Of a stretch of 64,000 bases of DNA, positions 37,501 to 45,354 are shown piece by piece. The translations under genes and the position numbers were made by a program. The DNA is from an uncultured Ignavibacteriales bacterium (lineage in GTDB: Bacteria > Zixibacteria > MSB-5A5 > GN15 > FEB-12): positions 811,705 through 875,704 of the forward strand of contig CAZILL010000002.1 of the NCBI GenBank assembly GCA_964540105.1, read 5' to 3'. How positions within the stretch are numbered: position 1 is the stretch's first letter; every line of letters begins with the position of its first letter. The notes under the pieces are model-generated. The model saw only the letters and a list, made by a program, of their open reading frames with translations. It had not been told where the DNA came from and did no database searches.

Positions 37501-38476
37501 TCCGGTCGGATTTGACGGCACTCTGAAGGTTACTGTTTTCGATTCCGAGCGTCACCGCGTTCATCGCCTCCTCAACTCCGGAGGGGCAGTCGTTCAGAGC
37601 GTTCCGTACAATCTCCCTGGACCGACGATTTTCCGCGGCAGCGCGCCGATCAACGACGGACGCTTCAGTTTCGATTTCATCGCCCCGCTCGATATCGGGT
37701 ATGGCGGGCAAGGGGCCAGGATCTCCGCCTACGCTGTCCTTGACACCGTGGACGCGGCAGGGGTTGCCGATTCTATCCCGGTATCTTCGGCTGTAGCCCC
37801 GACAACCGATTCAAGCGGCCCGGCGATCAGTTTCTCAGTCGGTGATCGCGCCAATATGGTTGGTGGCGAGACCGTTGGACTTAACGAAGTGTTGCAACTG
37901 ACTATCAGCGACTCTTCGGGAGTCAATCTCGCCGGAGGTCTTGCCCATGGGATCACCCTGGAGGTCGATGAACGAGCCGACAAGATGATCAACGTGACCG
38001 ACTTATTCGCCTACGAAGTGGGCACCTACGCTGTGGGGCACTTGCAGTATTCGCTGTCGGAGCTTGAGCCGGGCGAACATCAGTTCAAGATCAAGGCCTG
38101 GGACAACGCCAACAATTCATCGTCGGTTCAGTTTTCTCTCAAACTAACAGCGCAGCAACATCTGGCGATCATTGATCTGTTAAACTATCCGAATCCGATG
38201 TCAGCTCAGACGACTTTCTACTTCGAGCTGACCGATCAGGCCACGCGCTTTAGCCTGGAAATTTTTACCCTTTCGGGCAAAAAAATCAAGACCTATGTCA
38301 GGCAGGGTTTGGCTGCCGATAATTATCCAAATAACGACTATTCGATAGTCTGGGACGGCCATGACGCCGTCGGGGATCGAGTAGCCAGTGGAGTCTATAT
38401 CTACAAGGCCACAGCACAACCACTTCAGGGTGGAAGGTCGGTAGAGTCGTTTGGGAAAGTTGTTGTTATTAACTAA
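34508..38476 (+). CDS. porU: peptidase C25 (gingipain-fold) protein with T9SS C-terminal sorting domain; PorU-like sortase candidate
   Basis: 1322 aa with a signal peptide. The C25 catalytic dyad context is VNYVGHGNPDVW (His codon 37007-37009) and LPLVIAASCAIGFFD (Cys codon 37109-37111). The C-terminal ~98 aa (38180-38473) are a T9SS type-A/FlgD-Ig-like CTD: LLNYPNPMSAQTTFYFEL...LEIFTLSGKKIKTY...WDGHDAVGDRVASGVYIYKA. A PorV-family gene follows directly, matching the Bacteroidetes porU-porV synteny. The start codon (TTG 34508) is uncertain. Confidence 0.75.
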   Translation: MNRPLGRAIGCSDRKPHSLQNPGRGEFCLFLYVLTLLTLISSQSVRALGSPVELLSSTAQGVRFKVIVSADLTGLDQIRSGGSVIACVKTVQVAIPSGASARIVSATKRLPMPIAVDALNGEGLSLRNLPLASLSHPLEIRGREFVAVQISPILSGEVYQEVEVTLALDGGLKLADGIITPDPLFERMLRNSVINAENMIAWPQLVPSVGSDKIAKPEQGPFSRSDTWYKIAIDQSGLCRITGAELEGAGLSLADLQSDSIRVFSGGGLPLEMLNSRPRPELNEIAIRVEDGGDGLFGKSDQILFYGEAVNRWIYRADSAPRFVSNPYTPNNIYWLTVSGDYPAPRIRMQDVDGSLGGAIDTTISSCWSQVHVEQDHLLMQDGDSHVDNFYTWYWSDSTRVSFFFGAPGAISSDSARITVVGRTGYPFIELDVNQVRAVRDSADSYRCSMTSRSLINGLNQVTVSLSPISRAVSPYLDNLECSYHRQLVPENDRLDIALGEARGRGRIQIADDFVSRPIILEVSNPLHPKEVTGAVSSNGVLSFDADLLAENANRFYCASRSAAVKPVSITQAHPSDLRAASSQTDLIIITPKSFTSALGEYTAYRSAQGYAIRIVAIEDVMDNFSFGLFDPTAIRDFLKYAYENRIAYPAPIPSAVLFVGDANYDFLNHLETSVPNLVPTYINPMEVSSIGNTYGDDNYVYFGKYGILDSDTSRTKLRDRGYDMMTARWPVKSVSEIAMITKKIKTYESAANLGAWRNAVTLVADDEFGAESDETYHTTQTETLEQAHLPRNFNRTKIYLWDYPFVNRQKPAVNDAIVEAFNAGSLLVNYVGHGNPDVWSHEHVFTRTSDLSRLNNNNLPLVIAASCAIGFFDDPRRESMGEDLLSMAHGAIGVISAMRLVFSYDNAQLNRQIYDYMMSDKSLTIGESLFLAKMTRQYGGGSIPQQIQNDRGYAYFGDPYLRLGQPVLNVSFDPFRDSLTALKKMSITGSVTDHSGAPVGFDGTLKVTVFDSERHRVHRLLNSGGAVVQSVPYNLPGPTIFRGSAPINDGRFSFDFIAPLDIGYGGQGARISAYAVLDTVDAAGVADSIPVSSAVAPTTDSSGPAISFSVGDRANMVGGETVGLNEVLQLTISDSSGVNLAGGLAHGITLEVDERADKMINVTDLFAYEVGTYAVGHLQYSLSELEPGEHQFKIKAWDNANNSSSVQFSLKLTAQQHLAIIDLLNYPNPMSAQTTFYFELTDQATRFSLEIFTLSGKKIKTYVRQGLAADNYPNNDYSIVWDGHDAVGDRVASGVYIYKATAQPLQGGRSVESFGKVVVIN

Positions 38477-38494
38477 TAATTCGTGGAGAACTTG

Positions 38495-41086
38495 ATGAAA
38501 GCAAAACTCGCTGTCCTTGCCCTGCTTGGATGCAGTCTCATCTTGACTGCGACTCAGGATGCGCGCGCCTCGATCTCACAGGCTGCCTGCCTGTTCCTAC
38601 GCATCGCTCCCGGTGCACGGGCGGCCGGTATGGGGGAGGCCTTTGTGGCGATTGCCGATGATGCCACCGCCACCCATTGGAATCCGGCCGGCCTTGGGGC
38701 TTACCCGCTGGCAAGCTCGTGGGTGTCGTCCAGAATTCCGGCCCAGTTTCGTCCAATCTCGCACATGGCGGTCTTGAAAGCGCGCTCTGGAAGCAACTAC
38801 CTGGCATATGATGTCTGGGCGGTCACACCCCAGGGACTTGCTCGTTACGACAACAAGAACTGGAATCTCGGAGAAGTGTTCAACACCCGAACCGATCAGA
38901 CCGTCGCGGGAATCGTCTCGAAGTATTTCAACGTCTCCGATGACGAAACATTGGCGCGCATACTGAACCGAGTCGCCGTTGTCAACAATCGCGGCACACA
39001 CAAGAGCCTGGTTGACCTTCGCGATAGCGTCATGACCGTAGTCCCCGCCGATTACAGCGGTAATGAGTCTCTGAAGAACGGCTTTGACACACTCCTCTCG
39101 AGCTACGTGCAGTGTCGACTCAACTGGGAGAAAGTGCAGGAGATACGGGATCTATTTTCCGGAGCTATGCGGGACAGTGCGCTGACGGCCAAGGAAGCCG
39201 ACAAGATTAACTTCGCCGTTGAGCAGACGCAAACACGCTTCATCCCCGAGACCATCACCCTTCCGTATCAGGTCATTCTGGAGGGGGACATCACCTCCCT
39301 GGCCTCGAACGGTGAGATTCTCCTGGTCGGTACGACCCAGGGATTAATCCGCTATACAGGACGCGTGTGGCAGACCATTACGACGGACGAAGGTTTACCG
39401 TCAAACAACATCACCTGTCTCGAGCCTGCCGGAACCGCCACGTTCATAGGGACGGACAACGGCCTCGCTCGCTTCAATGGCCTGACGGCCGAGAAACTCG
39501 ACTCGACCTCCGGCGCTCCGGCCGGTCGGGTGGCCGCTCTCGGAGCGCGGTCGTCGAATGACGTTTATGCCGTGGTTGATCAGGAAATCTACAACTACGA
39601 TGGAAAGCGCTGGTCATCGGGCTACCGTTACACGGTCGCTCTGGATGAGACTCCCGAGACAATTGCTCGAAAATTCGCACTGTACGGGACCGCTTTGGAA
39701 GCGGAGCTTTACATCAAGAAACTCTCGGCGCTCAATCCGCAGCTTCCGGCGACGAACCTTACCCTGAAGCCCGGAGACACGATTCTTGTGCCGTTTGTTG
39801 CCAAGCTCAACAGTCCCGTGAATGCCTTGGCCGCAGGGCTGAATGGAACAGTGTGGCTCGGGACAGATCATGGTGTCATGTACAACCAGGATGGTCTGTG
39901 GGGAATTCCGGGATATCGAATTGACACCCTCGTTCAGAACCAGTCAGTGGACGACTTAGTCGCAAGCCGGGGAGCAGTCGATTCCGCCGCCGCACTGAAG
40001 TATGCCGAGGCGCTTCGGATCATCAATAACCTCTCGTCAGATTCCATGCATGGCGGCGAAGCCGTGGCCGTGTACAAGAACCCGGCGGCGTCGGCGGTAC
40101 ACCGAATAGCGCTGCGCAACGACCGAGTGTACTTTGGCACCGACGATGGTCTTCTTGAATTCGATGGCGTCGAATGGGGTCGTTCTGACTTGTACGATCT
40201 CGGCAGCAAACCCAGCTCAAGCCTGTCCATCGTGCAGGATGAATACTGGTTTGCCGGTCCCGACAAACTGGTGACGAGGGCGAATGGACGTCCCGAGATC
40301 TCCCTCATGTACGTAAAGTGGTTGCCGGCGCTGGCCAGCGATCTCTATTACGCGTACTCTTCGTTTGTCAAGAGCACGGAGACATGGGGTACGTTCGGTG
40401 GAAACGTGACCTTCATATCCTACGGCAAGTTCAGCCGGACGGCCGAAGGTACCCCGACAGTGGTCGGTACGTTCGAATCGTTCGAAACGGCGATTACGGG
40501 TTCCTATGGGACTTCGGTCTCCCGAAACCTCTCGCTGGGCATCTCGGCCAAGCTCATCTATTCAAAACTCGCGGATGCCGGAGCCGGAATCGAGCGCGGC
40601 AAAGGGACAGCGACTGATTTTGCCGTCGATCTGGGACTCCTCTACAGGGTCTTCCCACAATTGAACGTCGGGATTTCTCTGACCAACCTGGGGCCCAAGA
40701 TCTCGTACATCGACGCCGCTCAGTCGGATCATCTCCCGCGCAATCTGGCGGTTGGGCTCGCCTATAAGATCATTCAATCCGAGTACAATCGATTGACTCT
40801 CGCTGCTGATGTGAACAAGATTCTGGTCGGGCTCGATCAGAACGTAAAGCTCAGCAAGTCCCTAAATGATGTTGTAATCAATACGGGTCTCGAATACACG
40901 TACGCCAATCTCATATCAGCCCGCGGCGGGTATATCTACGATAATGAAGGAAAGATCAAGGTGTTCACTCTTGGAGCCGGACTGAATCTTCTTGATCGTT
41001 TCCGGTTTGACTTTGCGTATATTCCGAGCCAGAGCAATTCGGCGCTGTCGAACATATTGAGGACATCAATTTCTGTCTGGCCGTAA
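38495..41086 (+). CDS. porV: PorV/PorQ-family outer-membrane beta-barrel protein with a ~525-aa insertion (beta-propeller-like repeats plus LysM-like segment)
   Basis: After the signal peptide comes the PorV-family opening RIAPGARAAGMGEAFVAIADDATATHWNPAGLG. The last ~260 aa have alternating-hydrophobic barrel strands with PorV-like motifs (DFAVDLGLLYR, LPRNLAVGLAYK, INTGLEYTYANLISARGGYIYD, FTLGAGLNL..FRFDFAYIP). Between them lie Reg_prop-like repeats (GLIRYTGRVWQTITTDEGLPSNNITCL; VWLGTDHGVMYNQDGLW; RVYFGTDDGLLEFDGVEWG) and a LysM-like stretch. Confidence 0.7.
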   Translation: MKAKLAVLALLGCSLILTATQDARASISQAACLFLRIAPGARAAGMGEAFVAIADDATATHWNPAGLGAYPLASSWVSSRIPAQFRPISHMAVLKARSGSNYLAYDVWAVTPQGLARYDNKNWNLGEVFNTRTDQTVAGIVSKYFNVSDDETLARILNRVAVVNNRGTHKSLVDLRDSVMTVVPADYSGNESLKNGFDTLLSSYVQCRLNWEKVQEIRDLFSGAMRDSALTAKEADKINFAVEQTQTRFIPETITLPYQVILEGDITSLASNGEILLVGTTQGLIRYTGRVWQTITTDEGLPSNNITCLEPAGTATFIGTDNGLARFNGLTAEKLDSTSGAPAGRVAALGARSSNDVYAVVDQEIYNYDGKRWSSGYRYTVALDETPETIARKFALYGTALEAELYIKKLSALNPQLPATNLTLKPGDTILVPFVAKLNSPVNALAAGLNGTVWLGTDHGVMYNQDGLWGIPGYRIDTLVQNQSVDDLVASRGAVDSAAALKYAEALRIINNLSSDSMHGGEAVAVYKNPAASAVHRIALRNDRVYFGTDDGLLEFDGVEWGRSDLYDLGSKPSSSLSIVQDEYWFAGPDKLVTRANGRPEISLMYVKWLPALASDLYYAYSSFVKSTETWGTFGGNVTFISYGKFSRTAEGTPTVVGTFESFETAITGSYGTSVSRNLSLGISAKLIYSKLADAGAGIERGKGTATDFAVDLGLLYRVFPQLNVGISLTNLGPKISYIDAAQSDHLPRNLAVGLAYKIIQSEYNRLTLAADVNKILVGLDQNVKLSKSLNDVVINTGLEYTYANLISARGGYIYDNEGKIKVFTLGAGLNLLDRFRFDFAYIPSQSNSALSNILRTSISVWP

Positions 41087-41108
41087 ACATTCTCTCTGAG
41101 GGCGATTA

Positions 41109-44100
41109 GTGAGTTGCACACATAGGACGATTGTGCTCACACTGGTCATCGGCCTTGTCGTTGCGATGTCGGCGGAGGCCGAAGACAAAGTATGGGTCGG
41201 TAGACGCAGCGTTACGCCACCAACCGAGGGGCAGAACGATGTCGTTCATCGCTGCCTTACCCCCAGCATAGGGGATGTCAACTCCTCGACCTCTACTCGC
41301 AAGGCTCAATGGTCTCTGCCGGAACAGGCTTTGTCGACGTCATTTGACACTATCATCCGGGTACTTGTCCTGCGTTTCGATTTTCAGTATGAGGAGCAGG
41401 ACGACCCGAACAGTACTGGACGCGGGCGCATGGATCTTTCACGCCCTCTCGCCAATGCGGTCGATTCGGCCAGATATTTTGATACGATCGGGCATTGGAT
41501 CGATCCACCACCACACGATTCCGCTTATTTCAGCTCCCACATGCGCGCGCTCAATCTGTATTGGTTGCAGGTCTCACAGGGGCGATACCACCTGGTGTGG
41601 GACATCTTCCCGAAGCGCAACGACTCGCTCTACACGCTGCCCCACCCGATGAGTTATTACGGTCGTTGTCCGTTCGATTCAGTCGTGGTCGGTCTCGAGG
41701 AGTTTTTCAAGGATTGCATCCATGGTGCGGACTCAAGTCCTGAGATCGACTTCTCGCGCTACCAGGCGATCGTGATCTTCCACGCCGGTTCTGATCGCCA
41801 AAACGACATCGGATTCCCTCAGACCTGCGCTGATCTCTTCACGGGATTCATTAAGTTCAAGGACTCCATCCCGGTCGACGACGGTCGGACTTATATTCGG
41901 AAGGCAGTCATGATGCCTGAGACCGCGTGCCAGGATAATCGCGCCACTGCCCTCAATGCCGTGCTCGCCCATGAATTCGGCCATCAGCTTGGCCTTGTCG
42001 ACCTGTACAACACACGCGGCTTCATGTCTCAGCTGGGGGATTTCTGCCTCATGGATAACAACGGTTTTGGCAGTGGGATCGAATACGAAGGATTTACGGT
42101 CGGCAAGGTGTTTGGAGCGATCCCGGTTTATCCCGATGCTTGGTCGAGAGCCTATCTCGGATTCGACTCGGTTGCTGACTTCCGCCACGGCTCGGACATA
42201 CGGCTGGTGGCGGCCGAGATTGCGTCGCGCGGGCTCAAGATAGCGCGGGTGCCGATCTCCGAAAACGAATACTATCTCATCGAGAATCGGAATATCGACA
42301 CCGACGGCGACACGACGGTCACCCGTGTCGATTCGACCACGAACGTGATCCTCGGACCTGCCAACAAGCGTCGTCAGTTTACCGGAGAATATGACTTTCT
42401 CATGCCGGGCTCGGGGATGTTGATCTATCGCGTGGATGAAGGGGTGGCCGGTCTCGACTACAATGACAATGGCACAAACAACTTCGAGGACAATACCCTT
42501 CAATGGGACCCCAACCGCCGGTTTGTTTCGTTGGTTGAAGCGGACGGCTTTGTGAATTTCGGCGGGTATTATCGCAAGGGGTATGGCGACGTTGGGGATT
42601 GTTTTCGCGATGACCTCGTCACGCGGTTCACCCCCAACACGAATCCTCCGGCGCTCGACAACGGGGGGAACAACACCCATGTCAGCGTGACCGGCATCAC
42701 CCGTGAGCTCTATACCTCACCGGGCAATTCGAAGCCGATTCTTCTCGATAGCGTGATGTTCTTCGACGTCGAAACCGATATGCTGGCCGCGGGCTTCCCG
42801 GTGCGAGCGGGCTACCCGGTCTATCCGTTGTCCTCGATTGTAGATGATCTCGATCGCGACGGCCAACCGGAAGTAATCGCCGCGGCTCGCCGACTGATAA
42901 CCGTTTTCACGACTGCAGGCGAGAACTATCTTCGCAAGCGCACAAATTGCACTACGTGCCCGGAATATGCCGACATTGTCAAGTCAACCATGAGCGCCGG
43001 AACGCCTCGCGTCGTGCCAGCCTTTGCTATTGTCGGGGGAGCGAATGACACAATAACATCAGGTCCGGTCACAGGTGACTTTGCGGAAAAAGGGCTGCTC
43101 AAGTTTGTTGCGGTCGGATATCGCACCGGACCCGCCGCTGGTCGAGTAGTCTTATATGTCCCGACTGACGATAATCGCGACGGGTTGGCAGATCTGGCGA
43201 CAGAAGAGTTCGCAACAGACGGTAAACCAGTAGCCCTGTCGTTCGGGAACATTCTCTATGTGCTCACCGACAAGGGAAAAGTCTATCGACGGGATGGCAT
43301 CCTCGGTGCAACGGTCCTACTGGCGACCATAGACGCGCCCTTATTTCAAGGAATCAGCAGAATCGGCAATCGACTCGTGGTTATGGCCGGGAGCGAGCAA
43401 AACAGCAAACTATTCGTCGTGGGTTCAACACTCGATTCGATTTCCCTCGGTGACAATTTCAGCCTTGGTCCGATCACCGCTGACATGAATCGAGACTCCA
43501 TTCCAGAGGTTGTCTCTTTTACTACCGACGGCGACGGCATCTGTGTAAGCGTCGACACAACGCGCGAGCCGCCGCTGCTTACAGTTCTCGCGCAATCAGC
43601 GAGCGGCTATCACCTGACCGTCAACCCGATTGTGGGCGATGTCGACGATGACGGTCTTCCGGATGCGATCGTAGGTGGGACGAACGCTCTTTACGCTTTC
43701 GACGGCAAACTCGTGCTGAAGAGTAATTTCCCGCTTTCTGTCGATGACCGCTTTCCGTCTTCTGACATTATTGCTTCACCCGTAAGCGCTGACATCTCCC
43801 GGGGCGGCCGCTCTGAGCTGATTTTTCCGAACGATGCCGGCGCAATTCATTCCTATGGCACTTCCTCAGCCGATCTGCCTGCAGCTGTTCAGGTTTACAG
43901 CCGGACGGCCGGCTTCCCGCTCTCAGCAGGCGAGAAAGGGGCAGGCTCGTGCGTTGTATTTGCCGATTCCGCCGGCGGGAAGCTCGGCTACCTGGGCGCC
44001 GATGGATGGTTTTACGCTTGGGAAATAGACCGCGATAGCTCGGCCGACTACTGGCCGATGGGCGGTCACGATCCATCCGGCAGCTTCACTTTTCCTGCGG

Positions 44101-44414
44101 ACAAATTGCACGAACGGAGCGAATACCCGCAGGATTATCTCGGTGGACGGTTCTACAATTATCCAAATCCCGTGACAACGGGATCAACCAATTTTCGATA
44201 CTTCCTGGGGGAGGAGGCTCGACGAGTGACGGTGACTGTGTATGACTTATCTGGTCAGAGGATGGCATCGTTCGATGGGACAAGGGCTGCGGGCGAGAAC
44301 TCTCAGACTTGGAACTGTTCGGACCTGACACCGGGAGTCTATCGATGCCGCCTTGAAGCAACGTTCTCCGGAACCACGAAATCAGTATTCACCGACGTGG
44401 CCATCATCAGATGA
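41109..44414 (+). CDS. M6 (immune-inhibitor-A)-like zinc metalloprotease with FG-GAP/VCBS-like repeats and T9SS C-terminal sorting domain
   Basis: It has a signal peptide and the zinc motif VLAHEFGHQLGLVDLYNT (HEFGH at 41970-41984). FG-GAP-like Ca-binding loops are present (DDLDRDGQPEVI, ADMNRDSIPEVV, GDVDDDGLPDAIVGG). The CTD at 44151-44411 reads FYNYPNPVTTGSTNFRYFL...VTVYDLSGQRM...LTPGVYRCRLEA. Confidence 0.8.
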   Translation: MSCTHRTIVLTLVIGLVVAMSAEAEDKVWVGRRSVTPPTEGQNDVVHRCLTPSIGDVNSSTSTRKAQWSLPEQALSTSFDTIIRVLVLRFDFQYEEQDDPNSTGRGRMDLSRPLANAVDSARYFDTIGHWIDPPPHDSAYFSSHMRALNLYWLQVSQGRYHLVWDIFPKRNDSLYTLPHPMSYYGRCPFDSVVVGLEEFFKDCIHGADSSPEIDFSRYQAIVIFHAGSDRQNDIGFPQTCADLFTGFIKFKDSIPVDDGRTYIRKAVMMPETACQDNRATALNAVLAHEFGHQLGLVDLYNTRGFMSQLGDFCLMDNNGFGSGIEYEGFTVGKVFGAIPVYPDAWSRAYLGFDSVADFRHGSDIRLVAAEIASRGLKIARVPISENEYYLIENRNIDTDGDTTVTRVDSTTNVILGPANKRRQFTGEYDFLMPGSGMLIYRVDEGVAGLDYNDNGTNNFEDNTLQWDPNRRFVSLVEADGFVNFGGYYRKGYGDVGDCFRDDLVTRFTPNTNPPALDNGGNNTHVSVTGITRELYTSPGNSKPILLDSVMFFDVETDMLAAGFPVRAGYPVYPLSSIVDDLDRDGQPEVIAAARRLITVFTTAGENYLRKRTNCTTCPEYADIVKSTMSAGTPRVVPAFAIVGGANDTITSGPVTGDFAEKGLLKFVAVGYRTGPAAGRVVLYVPTDDNRDGLADLATEEFATDGKPVALSFGNILYVLTDKGKVYRRDGILGATVLLATIDAPLFQGISRIGNRLVVMAGSEQNSKLFVVGSTLDSISLGDNFSLGPITADMNRDSIPEVVSFTTDGDGICVSVDTTREPPLLTVLAQSASGYHLTVNPIVGDVDDDGLPDAIVGGTNALYAFDGKLVLKSNFPLSVDDRFPSSDIIASPVSADISRGGRSELIFPNDAGAIHSYGTSSADLPAAVQVYSRTAGFPLSAGEKGAGSCVVFADSAGGKLGYLGADGWFYAWEIDRDSSADYWPMGGHDPSGSFTFPADKLHERSEYPQDYLGGRFYNYPNPVTTGSTNFRYFLGEEARRVTVTVYDLSGQRMASFDGTRAAGENSQTWNCSDLTPGVYRCRLEATFSGTTKSVFTDVAIIR

Positions 44415-45346
44415 GAGGATATCAGATGCGACTTCAGACATGCATGCTTCTTGTGATCTTCGTGTCCTTTGGAACTATTGGGGTTTCCGGCAGGGAACTG
44501 CAGCTAAGTTCGTCTCGCATGTCTCAGGAACTCCTGCAGATGCGCTATCAAGGAGTTCGCATGTTGTCCGAGGAAGAGCCATCGGCGTCAACTCATCAAG
44601 TGGACCAGTCGGAGAGCGTCTCGAATCGATCATCCAAGCAGTGGAAACGCAAGTCCGCCCCGAAAGCGTTCGCCATGTCGTTGGTGATACCCGGCCTCGG
44701 ACAGTTCTACTATGGGAGTCGCGTCAAGGCGGCCCTCTTCTTCGGGGCGGATGTTGCGTTCTGGGCGCTGGCTTCTTCATCGCACAAGAAAGGGAATGAA
44801 CTGACCGACGAGTTCAACGCGTTTAATCGCGCCCACTGGAATCGAGATTCGTACGAACAGAAGTACCTGTTGTGGACCTATGGTTTTGCCGACGACGAAG
44901 AGATCCCGACGGATAAAACCGAAATCAGCCATCATCTTCCGGACACTGAAACACAGCAGTACTTCGAAATGACCGGCAAATACAACCAGTTTGCATGGGG
45001 GTGGGACGACGCCGAATTGAACGGTAAGAAGATAGATGACTACAGCGTGCAGAATCCGCCACTCCGGATTCTGGAACCGGCGTCGACTCCATATTCCCAG
45101 AACCGCCTCACGTATGAAGATATGCGCCACTCCGCGAACAAGAAGTTCGAACAATCTCGAGCCATGATTATGCTGGCAATGGCCAACCGCATCATCAGCA
45201 GCTTCGAGGCGCTCTTCACGGTCAACAGGCACAATCGCGGTCTGGCGCCCGAGCAGCAGTTCAGCAGAGTAGAGGTTCGGGCGTCGCTGAAGTCATACCG
45301 CGCTAAGCGCGACACCCCGTTTCTGAAATTGACATATCGATTCTAA
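44411..45346 (+). CDS. hypothetical envelope protein, PGLGQFY-motif family (DUF5683-like), paralogue 1
   Basis: Its start overlaps the upstream stop (ATGA). It has a signal peptide and the motif KSAPKAFAMSLVIPGLGQFYYGSRVKAALFFGADVAFWA. It is a paralogue of the next gene. Confidence 0.55.
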   Translation: MRGYQMRLQTCMLLVIFVSFGTIGVSGRELQLSSSRMSQELLQMRYQGVRMLSEEEPSASTHQVDQSESVSNRSSKQWKRKSAPKAFAMSLVIPGLGQFYYGSRVKAALFFGADVAFWALASSSHKKGNELTDEFNAFNRAHWNRDSYEQKYLLWTYGFADDEEIPTDKTEISHHLPDTETQQYFEMTGKYNQFAWGWDDAELNGKKIDDYSVQNPPLRILEPASTPYSQNRLTYEDMRHSANKKFEQSRAMIMLAMANRIISSFEALFTVNRHNRGLAPEQQFSRVEVRASLKSYRAKRDTPFLKLTYRF

Positions 45347-45354
45347 GAAAGCGA

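Noticed and set aside
41733-42680. 315-aa minus-strand ORF
   Set aside because: It is antisense to the catalytic region of the M6-like protease (HEFGH on the + strand). It has no motifs, and its composition is typical of a GC-rich antisense frame.
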